From: Pseudomonadota bacterium
GTDB lineage: Bacteria > Pseudomonadota > Alphaproteobacteria > Rhizobiales > CAJQND01
DNA: 49,111 nt
Direction: 5' to 3'
Assembly (NCBI GenBank): GCA_039030315.1
Contig: JBCCEL010000002.1
Coordinates: 1-49,111, forward strand
Position 1 is the first letter of the stretch. Each line of letters begins with the position of its first letter. The position numbers were made by a program, and so were the translations under genes. Positions 1-9,049 of this stretch are shown piece by piece. The notes under the pieces are model-generated. The model had not been told where the DNA came from and made no database searches. It was given only the letters and a program-made list of their open reading frames with translations.

Positions 1-44
1 CGATATATGATGAGTGGGTTGGAGCTCGGTGATGGGAGAGGGCG

Positions 45-1640
45 ATGAAGGTGAAGACGGAAGGACGCGTCCCGCTGAAAGAATTCGCCGCGCCGGGCCA
101 GAAGGCTGAGCTCGTCGCCGGAGACGAAGTGGAAGTCTTTCTTGAGCGCATAGAAAACGCGATGGGCGAAGCCGTCCTGTCCCGTGACAAGGCCAAGCGC
201 GAGGAAGCCTGGGTCCGCCTGGAGAAGAACTTTGAGGACAACGAGCGCGTCGAGGGCCATATCTTTGGCCGGGTCAAAGGCGGTTTCACTGTCGATCTCG
301 GCGGCGCGGTCGCATTCCTGCCGGGCAGCCAGGTCGATGTCCGCCCGATCCGCGACGTCACGCCGCTGATGAACATTCCGCAGCCCTTCCAGATCCTGAA
401 GATGGACAAGCGGCGCGGCAATATCGTTGTCTCGCGCCGGGCCGTGCTGGAAGAAACTCGTTCCGAACAGCGTGCCGAACTGGTGCAGAACCTTGCCGAA
501 GGCCAGGTGGTCGAGGGCGTCGTCAAGAACATCACCGACTACGGTGCATTCGTTGATCTGGGTGGTATTGACGGCCTGCTGCACGTCACGGACATCGCCT
601 GGAAGCGCGTCAACCATCCGACCGATGTTCTGTCTGTCGGCCAGTCCGTGAACGTCCAGATCATCAAGATCAATCCGGAAACCCAGCGCATTTCGCTCGG
701 CATGAAGCAGCTGGAAAGTGACCCCTGGGATGGCGTTGCCGGCAAGTACCCCATTGATGCGGTGGTCAAGGGCACGGTCACGAACATCACCGACTACGGC
801 GCATTCGTTGAATTGGAAGACGGTATCGAAGGCCTTGTCCACGTCTCCGAGATGAGCTGGACCAAGAAGAACGTCCATCCCGGCAAGATCGTTTCGACAT
901 CGGAAGAAGTCGAGGTCAAGGTGCTGGAGGTCGATCCGGGCAAGCGCCGCATCTCGCTCGGTCTCAAGCAGACCATGGACAACCCCTGGCTCAGCTTTGC
1001 CGACAAGTACCCGGTCAACACCGAAGTCGAAGGCGAGATCAAGAACATCACCGAATTCGGTCTGTTCATCGGCCTCGACAACGATGTGGACGGCATGGTG
1101 CACCTTTCCGATCTGGACTGGAACCGGTCCGGCGAGGAAGCCATTCAGGACTACCAGAAGGGCCAGACGGTTCAGGCGGTGGTGTTGGATGTCGACACCG
1201 AGAAGGAGCGCATTTCGCTGGGCATCAAGCAGCTTGGCGGCGATCCGATGCAGGCCGTCACTGGCATGAAGAAGAACGCCGTTGTGACCTGCGAGGTGAT
1301 TGCTGTTCAGGATGGTGGTATCGAAGTGAAGCTGGCGGAATCCGACTTCTCCACGTTCATCCGCCGGTCCGATCTTTCGCGCGATCGCTCCGAACAGCGT
1401 CCGGAGCGATTTGCAGTCGGTGACAAGGTCGATGCCAGGATCACCCAGATCGACATGAAGTCGCGCAAGGTCAGCGTCTCGATCAAGGCACACGAGATTG
1501 CCGAAGAAAAAGAAGCTGTTGCGCAGTACGGTTCGTCCGACAGCGGGGCATCGCTGGGCGATATTCTCGGCGCTGCGATGGCAGCCAAGGGCGTCTCCCC
1601 TGACGAGAACGGCGAGGAAGAAGAGAAGAAGGAAGACTGA
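45..1640 (+). CDS. rpsA: 30S ribosomal protein S1 (apparently N-terminally short)
   Basis: 531-aa ORF with repeated S1/OB motifs (NITDYGAFVDLGGIDGLLHVTDI, NITDYGAFVELEDGIEGLVHVSEM, NITEFGLFIGLDNDVDGMVHLSDL) and an acidic C-terminal tail. SD-like GGGAGAGGG at 34-42. In-frame TGA at 30-32. Confidence 0.9.
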   Translation: MKVKTEGRVPLKEFAAPGQKAELVAGDEVEVFLERIENAMGEAVLSRDKAKREEAWVRLEKNFEDNERVEGHIFGRVKGGFTVDLGGAVAFLPGSQVDVRPIRDVTPLMNIPQPFQILKMDKRRGNIVVSRRAVLEETRSEQRAELVQNLAEGQVVEGVVKNITDYGAFVDLGGIDGLLHVTDIAWKRVNHPTDVLSVGQSVNVQIIKINPETQRISLGMKQLESDPWDGVAGKYPIDAVVKGTVTNITDYGAFVELEDGIEGLVHVSEMSWTKKNVHPGKIVSTSEEVEVKVLEVDPGKRRISLGLKQTMDNPWLSFADKYPVNTEVEGEIKNITEFGLFIGLDNDVDGMVHLSDLDWNRSGEEAIQDYQKGQTVQAVVLDVDTEKERISLGIKQLGGDPMQAVTGMKKNAVVTCEVIAVQDGGIEVKLAESDFSTFIRRSDLSRDRSEQRPERFAVGDKVDARITQIDMKSRKVSVSIKAHEIAEEKEAVAQYGSSDSGASLGDILGAAMAAKGVSPDENGEEEEKKED

Positions 1641-1666
1641 TTTTCAGCCTTCCAGTCTTGAAATCT

Positions 1667-1712
1667 GGCCGCCCCTGCGCCAATTGGCGTCGGGGCGGCC
1701 TTTGGTTTTTTT
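1667..1712 (+). terminator. Rho-independent terminator after rpsA
   Basis: GC-rich hairpin: ggccgcccctgcgcc (1667-1681), loop aatt, ggcgtcggggcggcc (1686-1700), with a 2-nt internal mismatch. Followed by tttggtttttttg. Confidence 0.7.
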
Positions 1713-1750
1713 GCGCCCAACTCCGACTGTCATTGTGCTAGGTTTCGCCC

Positions 1751-2722
1751 ATGGCTCTGACTGCTGAAGCGATCGTCGACCGGAGGCGCCTGAAGCGGCG
1801 TCTCGCACTTTGGCGCGTCGTTGCCGTTCTGGCGATCATTGTGGCTCTGGTCGTTGCCGGTCTGTCGGCGCTTTCGCGTGATGCGGCGGGCAGCTTCACT
1901 GACCACATCGCCAGGATCAAGATCAGCGGCCTGATCACCGGCGAGCAGAAACAGATCAGCCTCCTCAAGAACCTGGGGAAGTCCAAGCGCGTAAAGGCGG
2001 TGCTCGTCAATATCGACAGCCCGGGCGGAACAACGGCGGGTTCAGAGGCGGTTTACGAGGAAATCAGGAAGCTGTCCGGCAAGAAACCCGTGGTTTCCGT
2101 CCTTGGATCGCAGGCGACCTCCGGGGGCTATATCACCGCGATAGCCGGGGATTATATCGTGGCGCGGGGCAATACGCTGACCGGTTCGATCGGCGTCATC
2201 TTCCAATGGCCGCAGATCCGTGAACTCATGGAGAAACTCGGAGTCCGGATGCGGGAGGTCAAGAGCGACCCGCTCAAAGCGGAACCTTCGCCGTTCACCG
2301 AGCCCTCGCCCGAGGCGCTGACAGTGATGCAGGATATCATCCGGGATTCGCATGACTGGTTCCTCAAGCTCGTTCAGGAACGGCGCGATCTCGACGAAGC
2401 AATGGCCCGCAAACTCGGGGACGGTCGCGTGTATACAGGGCGCCAGGCGCTTGAAGCCAAACTGATCGACAAGATCGGGGGCGAAGACGAGGCGCTGGCC
2501 TGGCTGAGGAAGGAAAAGAAAATTGCCGCCGGCCTGAAAGTCGTCGATTGGAGGCCGAGCATCGCGACGGATCTCAACCTGCCCGGTGTCTGGCTGCGGC
2601 AAATGGGCCGCGCAATTGGCCTTTCGTTCGCGGAAGGGCTGGCCGAAGGCGCAGAAAAAACGCTGGCGCCAGAACGGCTTAAACTTGACGGGCCGCTCTT
2701 CCTTTGGCAGCCTGCGAATTAA
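1751..2722 (+). CDS. sppA: signal peptide peptidase SppA, 36K type (S49 family)
   Basis: 323 aa. N-terminal TM helix. S49 motifs DSPGGTTAGSE and ATSGGYITAIAGDYIVARGNTLTGSIGV. Confidence 0.85.
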   Translation: MALTAEAIVDRRRLKRRLALWRVVAVLAIIVALVVAGLSALSRDAAGSFTDHIARIKISGLITGEQKQISLLKNLGKSKRVKAVLVNIDSPGGTTAGSEAVYEEIRKLSGKKPVVSVLGSQATSGGYITAIAGDYIVARGNTLTGSIGVIFQWPQIRELMEKLGVRMREVKSDPLKAEPSPFTEPSPEALTVMQDIIRDSHDWFLKLVQERRDLDEAMARKLGDGRVYTGRQALEAKLIDKIGGEDEALAWLRKEKKIAAGLKVVDWRPSIATDLNLPGVWLRQMGRAIGLSFAEGLAEGAEKTLAPERLKLDGPLFLWQPAN

Positions 2723-2788
2723 GATTTAACCAGAGTGCGGCTGAACGCACCGCTTGCGGCACGAGAGAGGGAGCGGGAAGCGGCAAAA

Positions 2789-3079
2789 ATGATTAAGTCT
2801 GAGCTGATCGCAAAGATCGCGCAGGAGAACCCACATCTGTATCACCGTGATGTGGAACGCATTATAAATACGATTTTCGGGGAGATCACATCTGCCCTGG
2901 CGCGGGGAGACCGGGTCGAGCTGCGCGGGTTCGGCGCTTTCTCTGTCAAGGATCGCGACGCGCGTATGGGCCGCAATCCGAGAACCGGAGAGCCAGTGAA
3001 GGTCGATTCGAAACGCGTGCCGTTTTTCAAGACGGGGAAAGAGTTGCGCGAGCAACTCAACTGGCAGGAGGACGACTAG
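2789..3079 (+). CDS. ihfB: integration host factor subunit beta
   Basis: [30 protein letters not shown]...RNPRTGEPV is typical of the HU/IHF family. ATG at 2789 follows GAGGGAGCGGGAAG. The longer ORF from 2735 is an upstream extension. Confidence 0.9.
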   Translation: MIKSELIAKIAQENPHLYHRDVERIINTIFGEITSALARGDRVELRGFGAFSVKDRDARMGRNPRTGEPVKVDSKRVPFFKTGKELREQLNWQEDD

Positions 3080-3127
3080 CCTGCAGAAGTCCCGGCGGTC
3101 GTCGACCACTGAAGGAGATTGTGAGCA

Positions 3128-3463
3128 GTGGCCAGATTCTTGTCCTGGATACTCGGTTTGCCAGCGGCAATCGTCATCATCCTGCTGGCGATCGCCAACA
3201 GACAGTCCGTGCGGTTTTCCCTCGACCCGACAAGCGTTGAAGAGCCCCTTCTGGCCTTCGAGGTCCCGCTCTATCTGCTGCTGCTCGCCGGAGTGATCAT
3301 CGGCATTATGATTGGCGGTGCGAGTTCCTGGATCACTCAGGCCAAATGGCGCAAGGCCGCTCGGCTGGCCCGCCAGGAAGTCAGCGAGGTCCGGACCGAG
3401 GCCGCCGAATTGAGACGGAAGACCGTTCAACCGGAAACGGCGCTTCTGCCCGGCAAGACCTAG
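3128..3463 (+). CDS. LapA-family (DUF1049) inner-membrane protein
   Basis: 111 aa with a GTG start. Two TM helices (ILGLPAAIVIILLAIANRQSV, PLYLLLLAGVIIGIMIGGA) followed by a basic coiled tail. Sits after ihfB, as in other proteobacteria. Confidence 0.7.
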   Translation: MARFLSWILGLPAAIVIILLAIANRQSVRFSLDPTSVEEPLLAFEVPLYLLLLAGVIIGIMIGGASSWITQAKWRKAARLARQEVSEVRTEAAELRRKTVQPETALLPGKT

Positions 3464-4312
3464 GTGATGTTCACGGCACTGCGGATCGCGCGCGCCGCCA
3501 TGGCGCTTGCCGCAGGGCTGATGATTGCCGTGGCGGCCGCCTCGGCCGAGGATACCAGGCGCACGGCACTCGTCGGCGTCACCCCCGAGGGCATGACCTG
3601 CCTGATCGGTGGCAGCATGCGCGGCATCATTGCCGATGCCGAGGCGGTTGCCTCCCGGTTGCAGCACAAGGACCCCTACACGCTCATTCGCATGGACGAG
3701 ACCCGCGGCGAGGTGGTCAGCGTGGGTAAGCCGGAACCGATGGATGACGGCGGCGATTGTGAATCCAGCTATGTTCAGGACCTAACCTTCACGGATGATC
3801 AGCTGGGGCTGTTCCAAGTGGCGCTCAGCGGCAAGCCGGACGAGGTTCGCGCCAAGCTGCCCAAGAATTTCCTGCGCCTGCCGGTCAAGGACGATGATCA
3901 CATGAAGATCGTCGCGGAGGTTCTGACCGAAGCCGGGCTGGTGAACCCGAAGATAGACATCAAGCAACTTCTTGCGGCAGATCTGGACGGGGATGGACGC
4001 CAGGAGACGATTATCAATGCGATCCATACAAAACGGGACAATGAAACCCGGGGGGAGTATTCCCTCCTGCTGCTACGGCGCGAGACGGCCGGGAAGCAGG
4101 AAGTCATTGAAATCAAGAAGCAAATTTCTCTTGAGGACAAGGACGAGCCGTCGCTGCTGGTGGAGCACACAGTTGTGAGCCTGATGGACATGGACAACGA
4201 CGGCGCCGCCGAACTTGTCCTCTACGGCGCTTTCGCTTTTGGTGAGGGATGGGAAGTCGTTAAAATCAAAGGAAAAACCGCCGAGCAGGCCCTGTTTTGC
4301 GGCTGCGGCTGA
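3464..4312 (+). CDS. hypothetical exported or membrane-anchored protein with two DxDxDG (FG-GAP/VCBS-like) motifs
   Basis: 282 aa. The start (GTG 3464 / ATG 3467) abuts the lapA-like stop (TAG 3461-3463). N-terminal hydrophobic segment ending ASA-ED. Motifs DLDGDGRQE and DMDNDGAAE. Four Cys, including a C-terminal FCGCG. Confidence 0.6.
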   Translation: MMFTALRIARAAMALAAGLMIAVAAASAEDTRRTALVGVTPEGMTCLIGGSMRGIIADAEAVASRLQHKDPYTLIRMDETRGEVVSVGKPEPMDDGGDCESSYVQDLTFTDDQLGLFQVALSGKPDEVRAKLPKNFLRLPVKDDDHMKIVAEVLTEAGLVNPKIDIKQLLAADLDGDGRQETIINAIHTKRDNETRGEYSLLLLRRETAGKQEVIEIKKQISLEDKDEPSLLVEHTVVSLMDMDNDGAAELVLYGAFAFGEGWEVVKIKGKTAEQALFCGCG

Positions 4313-4377
4313 AGCACGCTTCAAAAAACCGCGCCCATCCTCCATCCGATCTGATATAAGCCCGCAATCTCCGGAGC

Positions 4378-5100
4378 ATGACCTTGATGCCGTTCCTTGC
4401 GAACCCGATTTTCTGCGCGCTCGATACAACTGATGCCGGTCAAGCCGTCGCCTGGGCTCGCGCCGTCAGACCCCATGTGGGCGGGGTGAAGATCGGCATG
4501 GAATTCTTCTACGCCAATGGCCGCGCCGGCTACGAGGCTGTTGCGGCTGAAGGCGCGCCGATCTTCCTGGATCTCAAGCTGCATGACATTCCGAACACGG
4601 TCGCCGGCGGCCTGCGCGCCCTGATGACCCTCGATCCGGCACCGGCCCTTGTTACGGTTCATACAACCGGAGGCCCGGGCATGATGCGGGCCGCGAAAGA
4701 CGCAGCAGCCGAGACCACCAAGGTCATCGGGGTGACCATCATGACCAGTCTGGACAACCGGGACATTCACGCCGTGGGTTACTCCCGCGACGGGACGACC
4801 GCCGACCACGTCCTCTCGATGTCGGAACTGACGCGGGCATCCGGTCTCGACGGTGTGGTCTGTAGCCCCCTGGAGATTGAACGGGTGAAGCAGTCGACCT
4901 CGTCGGAGTTCCTGACGGTCGTGCCGGGGATCCGCCCGGCAAGTTCGGACGTCGGAGACCAAAAGCGCGTCGCCAGTCCAGGCGCAGCGGTCAAAGCGGG
5001 TGCCGACGTCATTGTCGTCGGCCGTGCAATCACGAAGAGTGCCGACCCGGCTGCATCTGCCAAAGCGATCAGTGCTGAAGTGGAGGATGCCCGTGGCTGA
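4378..5100 (+). CDS. pyrF: orotidine 5'-phosphate decarboxylase
   Basis: 240 aa with motifs IFCALD, GGVKIGMEFF, FLDLKLHDIPNTV and IVVGRAIT. Confidence 0.9.
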   Translation: MTLMPFLANPIFCALDTTDAGQAVAWARAVRPHVGGVKIGMEFFYANGRAGYEAVAAEGAPIFLDLKLHDIPNTVAGGLRALMTLDPAPALVTVHTTGGPGMMRAAKDAAAETTKVIGVTIMTSLDNRDIHAVGYSRDGTTADHVLSMSELTRASGLDGVVCSPLEIERVKQSTSSEFLTVVPGIRPASSDVGDQKRVASPGAAVKAGADVIVVGRAITKSADPAASAKAISAEVEDARG

Positions 5101-5737
5101 GATCAAGATATGCGGGCTTTCCACGCCGGAGACGCTCGAAGCCGCTCTTGCCGCCGGAACGGACTACACCGGCTTCATGTTCTATGAGCCGAGCCCGCGC
5201 AACATCTCGCTTGAAACGGCGCGTGAACTCCGCGCGCAAACGGGCGCGCGCGCGAAGAAGGTCGCGGTCACCGTCGACGCCGGCGATGAGAAACTGGATC
5301 TGATTTGCGAGGCGCTGGGTCCGGATTACATCCAGGCCCACGGGTCCGAAACGCCGGCACGTGTGGCTGAAATCAGCCGGAGGACGGGAGTGCCAGTCAT
5401 CAAGGCTATCAAGGTCCGGGATGCTGGCGACATTGCCGCCGCAGCGGATTTTGCGGGCGTGGCGGAAATGATCCTGTTTGATGCCAAGGCGCCCGAGACC
5501 CTGAAAGACGCGCTCCCGGGCGGCAATGGCGTGAGCTTCGACTGGTCCCTCATGGACAGCGGCCAGGATCAACCGAGGTTTATGTTGTCGGGTGGACTTC
5601 ACGCTGGCAATCTGCAACAAGCAATCGAGATAACCCGGGCGCCGATTGTGGACGTGTCGTCGGGCGTGGAATCTGCTCCAGGCACCAAGGACAGCAATCT
5701 GATCAGAGCGTTCGTCAGCGCCGCCAAGCGTCTATGA
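5087..5737 (+). CDS. trpF: N-(5'-phosphoribosyl)anthranilate isomerase
   Basis: MPVAEIKICGLSTPETL... is typical of TrpF. ATG 5087 overlaps the pyrF end by 14 nt (alternative GTG at 5093). The ORF from 5000 is an extension in the pyrF-overlapping frame. Confidence 0.9.
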   Translation: MPVAEIKICGLSTPETLEAALAAGTDYTGFMFYEPSPRNISLETARELRAQTGARAKKVAVTVDAGDEKLDLICEALGPDYIQAHGSETPARVAEISRRTGVPVIKAIKVRDAGDIAAAADFAGVAEMILFDAKAPETLKDALPGGNGVSFDWSLMDSGQDQPRFMLSGGLHAGNLQQAIEITRAPIVDVSSGVESAPGTKDSNLIRAFVSAAKRL

Positions 5738-5776
5738 ACCGTCCCAAATCCTGCCGCCCCCAGAGGAGCACCCGTT

Positions 5777-6994
5777 GTGAACGTCAGCGTACCGAACACT
5801 TATCGATCCGGCCCGGACGAGCGTGGACATTTCGGCATTTATGGGGGCCGTTTCGTTGCCGAAACACTGATGCCCCTGATTCTGGATCTTGAACAGGCTT
5901 ACAAGGAAGCCAAGGAAGATCCCGAGTTTCACGCCGAGCTTTCCGCGCTCAACACGCATTATACCGGCCGGCCGAGCCCGCTCTATTTCGCCGAACGTCT
6001 GACGGCACACTTCGGCGGGGCGAAAATCTACTTCAAACGGGACGAGCTGAATCATACCGGATCGCACAAGATCAACAACTGCCTCGGGCAGATGCAGCTC
6101 GCCCGCCGCATGGGCAAGACGCGCATCATCGCAGAAACCGGTGCCGGACAGCATGGGGTCGCCGTTGCCACGGTATGCGCCCGCTTCGGCCTGCCATGCG
6201 TGGTCTACATGGGCGCAACCGATATTGAGCGCCAGAAGCCTAACGTCTTCCGCATGCGTCTTCTCGGCGCCGAGATCGTCCCGGTGACATCGGGAACCGG
6301 AACACTCAAGGACGCCATGAACGACGCGTTGCGCGACTGGGTCGCCAACGTGGAGAACACCTTCTACATTATCGGAACCGCAGCCGGGCCTCACCCCTAC
6401 CCGGAACTGGTCCGGGACTTCCAGTCGATCATCGGCAAGGAAACCAAGGAACAGATGATGGCGGCCGAAGGACGGCTGCCTGATGCACTCGTGGCCTGTA
6501 TTGGCGGCGGTTCGAATGCCATCGGCCTGTTTCACCCGTTCCTCGACGACAGCGATGTGGAGATCTACGGAGTGGAAGCCGGCGGCCACGGGATCGAGAC
6601 CGGAGAGCACGCAGCGTCGCTGAACGGCGGCGAGCCGGGTGTGTTGCACGGGAACAGGACCTACCTTTTGCAGAACGATGACGGTCAGATCATTGACGCG
6701 CATTCCATCTCGGCAGGCCTGGACTATCCGGGCATTGGACCCGAGCACGCCTGGCTGAGGGACTCCGGCCGCGTTAACTATGTTTCGATAACCGATCAGG
6801 AAGCTCTGGACGCCTTCCAGGTCTGTACGCAACAAGAAGGGATAATCCCCGCGCTGGAGCCTAGCCATGCCCTGGCCTATGTCGCAAAGATCGCGCCGGA
6901 CATGCCTGAGGACAAGATCATCGTGATGAACATGTGCGGGCGCGGGGACAAGGATGTCTTCGCTGTCGCCGAGCATCTCGGCGTGGAGATGTGA
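5777..6994 (+). CDS. trpB: tryptophan synthase beta chain
   Basis: 405 aa. Motifs HTGSHKINN (PLP lysine), GGGSNAIG and GRGDKD. Confidence 0.95.
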   Translation: MNVSVPNTYRSGPDERGHFGIYGGRFVAETLMPLILDLEQAYKEAKEDPEFHAELSALNTHYTGRPSPLYFAERLTAHFGGAKIYFKRDELNHTGSHKINNCLGQMQLARRMGKTRIIAETGAGQHGVAVATVCARFGLPCVVYMGATDIERQKPNVFRMRLLGAEIVPVTSGTGTLKDAMNDALRDWVANVENTFYIIGTAAGPHPYPELVRDFQSIIGKETKEQMMAAEGRLPDALVACIGGGSNAIGLFHPFLDDSDVEIYGVEAGGHGIETGEHAASLNGGEPGVLHGNRTYLLQNDDGQIIDAHSISAGLDYPGIGPEHAWLRDSGRVNYVSITDQEALDAFQVCTQQEGIIPALEPSHALAYVAKIAPDMPEDKIIVMNMCGRGDKDVFAVAEHLGVEM

Positions 6995-6999
6995 ATACA

Positions 7000-7839
7000 A
7001 TGACGACCCGTATCGAGAAGCGTTTTTCCGATCTGAAAGCCAAGGGCCGCGCCGCCCTGGTCACGTTTGTGACAGCGGGCGATCCGGATCCGGAAACCTC
7101 CGCACAGATCCTGTCCGGCCTTCCGGCCGCCGGAGCGGATATCGTCGAACTCGGCATGCCGTTTTCCGATCCCATGGCGGACGGCCCGGCGATCCAGGCG
7201 TCCTCGCAGCGTGCGCTCGCGGCGGGGCAGGACATGCTGAAGACGCTTCAGATGGTCCGGGACTTCCGGCTATCCGACAGCGACACCCCGATCGTTCTTA
7301 TGGGGTACTACAATCCGATCTATATCTATGGCGTCGACCGTTTCCTGGCCGATGCGAAGGACGCAGGCATCGACGGATTGATTGTCGTGGATCTGCCGCC
7401 GGAGTGCGATGAGGAACTCTGTCTGCCTGCGCTCGACGCAGGACTCAACTTCATCCGCCTGGCCACGCCCACAACGGATGAGAGGCGCTTGCCTGCGGTG
7501 CTCGCCAACACCTCCGGCTTTGTGTACTATGTCTCCATAACCGGGATCACGGGCACCGCGGCGCCTGATCAGGGCAATGTTAGCCGGCATGTGGCGCGCA
7601 TCAAGTCGCAAACCGATCTGCCGGTGGCGGTCGGATTTGGTGTCAAGACGCCTGAACAGGCCCGGGCGATCAGCGCCTGCGGTGACGGCGTGGTGGTCGG
7701 ATCAGTCTTCGTCGATGCGGTCAAGGCATCGCTTGACGGCGAAGGCAAGGCAACCGGGGCAACGGTTCCGGCGGTGCTTGATTTGGCGGCGGCCCTTGCA
7801 GCGGGCGTGCGCGGCACCAATGTAGAGGCGGCAGAGTAG
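7000..7839 (+). CDS. trpA: tryptophan synthase alpha chain
   Basis: [30 protein letters not shown]...[21 protein letters not shown] lies 5 nt after the trpB stop. Confidence 0.95.
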   Translation: MTTRIEKRFSDLKAKGRAALVTFVTAGDPDPETSAQILSGLPAAGADIVELGMPFSDPMADGPAIQASSQRALAAGQDMLKTLQMVRDFRLSDSDTPIVLMGYYNPIYIYGVDRFLADAKDAGIDGLIVVDLPPECDEELCLPALDAGLNFIRLATPTTDERRLPAVLANTSGFVYYVSITGITGTAAPDQGNVSRHVARIKSQTDLPVAVGFGVKTPEQARAISACGDGVVVGSVFVDAVKASLDGEGKATGATVPAVLDLAAALAAGVRGTNVEAAE

Positions 7840-7870
7840 GCACTCGAGCGCGCAGAAAGGAACAGGTCAC

Positions 7871-9004
7871 GTGAACTGGATCACCAACGTCGTCCGGCCC
7901 AAGATCAACAGTTTCCTGCGCCGGGAAATGCCGGACAACAAATGGGTGAAGGATCCCGAGTCAGGCCAGATGGTCTACCACCGGGATCTGGAGGCCAATC
8001 AGTTCGTCATGCCCGGCTCCGGCTACCACATGCGCATGGCGCCTGATCTGAGGCTGAAAAATCTCTTCGACGAGGGTGAGTACGAGGCGATCAACCTGCC
8101 GGCGGTGGCACAGGACCCCCTGCAATTCCGCGACGAGAAAAAATACGCAGACAAGATCAAGCAGGCGCGCTCGAAGACGGGCCGCGAGGATGCCGTCCTC
8201 GCCGGCGAGGGCCGGCTTGACGGCCTCAAGGTCGTCGCCGCCGTGCAGGATTTCGATTTCATGGGCGGATCGCTCGGCATGGCCGCCGGCGAAGCCATCA
8301 TCACCGCCATGCGCCGTGCTGTTGCGCAAAAGGCCCCCTTCATCTTCTTTATCGCTTCCGGTGGCGCACGCATGCAGGAAGGTGTTCTGTCCCTGATGCA
8401 GATGCCCCGCACCACGGTTGCCGTGCAGGAACTCAGAGAAGCGCGCCTGCCCTATATTGTCGTGATGACCAACCCGACCACGGGCGGCGTGACGGCTTCC
8501 TACGCGATGCTGGGCGACGTGCATATTGCCGAGCCCGGCGCGTTGATCGGCTTTGCCGGACAACGGGTCATCGAACAGACCATAAGGGAAAAGCTGCCGG
8601 ACGGGTTCCAGAGGTCCGAGTACCTGCTGGACCACGGGATGGTTGACATGGTGGTGCATCGTCATGAAATGCGCTCGACCCTGAGCCAGCTGACACGGCT
8701 GCTGATGCGCTCACCCGCCATCGTGGTTCCCGTACCGTCCTCAGAAACCGAACCGAACCCCGCAGCCGCAGCCGCCCAGGCCGCAGAAGCTCCTGCCGAG
8801 GCCGCAGAGAAGGTTCTTGAAGGCGAAATTGTCGAGACCATGCCCGTGCATGAGGAAGAGTTGAAGGCTGCCGAAATGACCACGGCTGAACAGGACGATG
8901 AACTGGCACCCGCCCGGAAGGCTGCGGACGTGGTTTCGGAAAAAGCCGGCGAATGGGCGGATGAGATTCTGGCCAAGACAGGCCCCGAACCCTCCGCCAC
9001 CTGA
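7871..9004 (+). CDS. accD: acetyl-CoA carboxylase carboxyltransferase beta subunit
   Basis: 377 aa with a GTG start. Core motifs [15 protein letters not shown] and SGGARMQEG. No zinc-ribbon cysteines at the N-terminus. Ala/Glu-rich C-terminal tail of about 75 aa. Confidence 0.9.
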   Translation: MNWITNVVRPKINSFLRREMPDNKWVKDPESGQMVYHRDLEANQFVMPGSGYHMRMAPDLRLKNLFDEGEYEAINLPAVAQDPLQFRDEKKYADKIKQARSKTGREDAVLAGEGRLDGLKVVAAVQDFDFMGGSLGMAAGEAIITAMRRAVAQKAPFIFFIASGGARMQEGVLSLMQMPRTTVAVQELREARLPYIVVMTNPTTGGVTASYAMLGDVHIAEPGALIGFAGQRVIEQTIREKLPDGFQRSEYLLDHGMVDMVVHRHEMRSTLSQLTRLLMRSPAIVVPVPSSETEPNPAAAAAQAAEAPAEAAEKVLEGEIVETMPVHEEELKAAEMTTAEQDDELAPARKAADVVSEKAGEWADEILAKTGPEPSAT

Positions 9005-9049
9005 GTACCAGGACTGACCGGACCGCCAACTGCAATCAAGATCTGAGTC

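Noticed and set aside
5732-7000. 422-aa ORF on the minus strand spanning all of trpB
   Set aside because: It is antisense to an unmistakable trpB and has no recognisable motifs. Long stop-free antisense frames are expected in high-GC DNA, so this is a shadow ORF.
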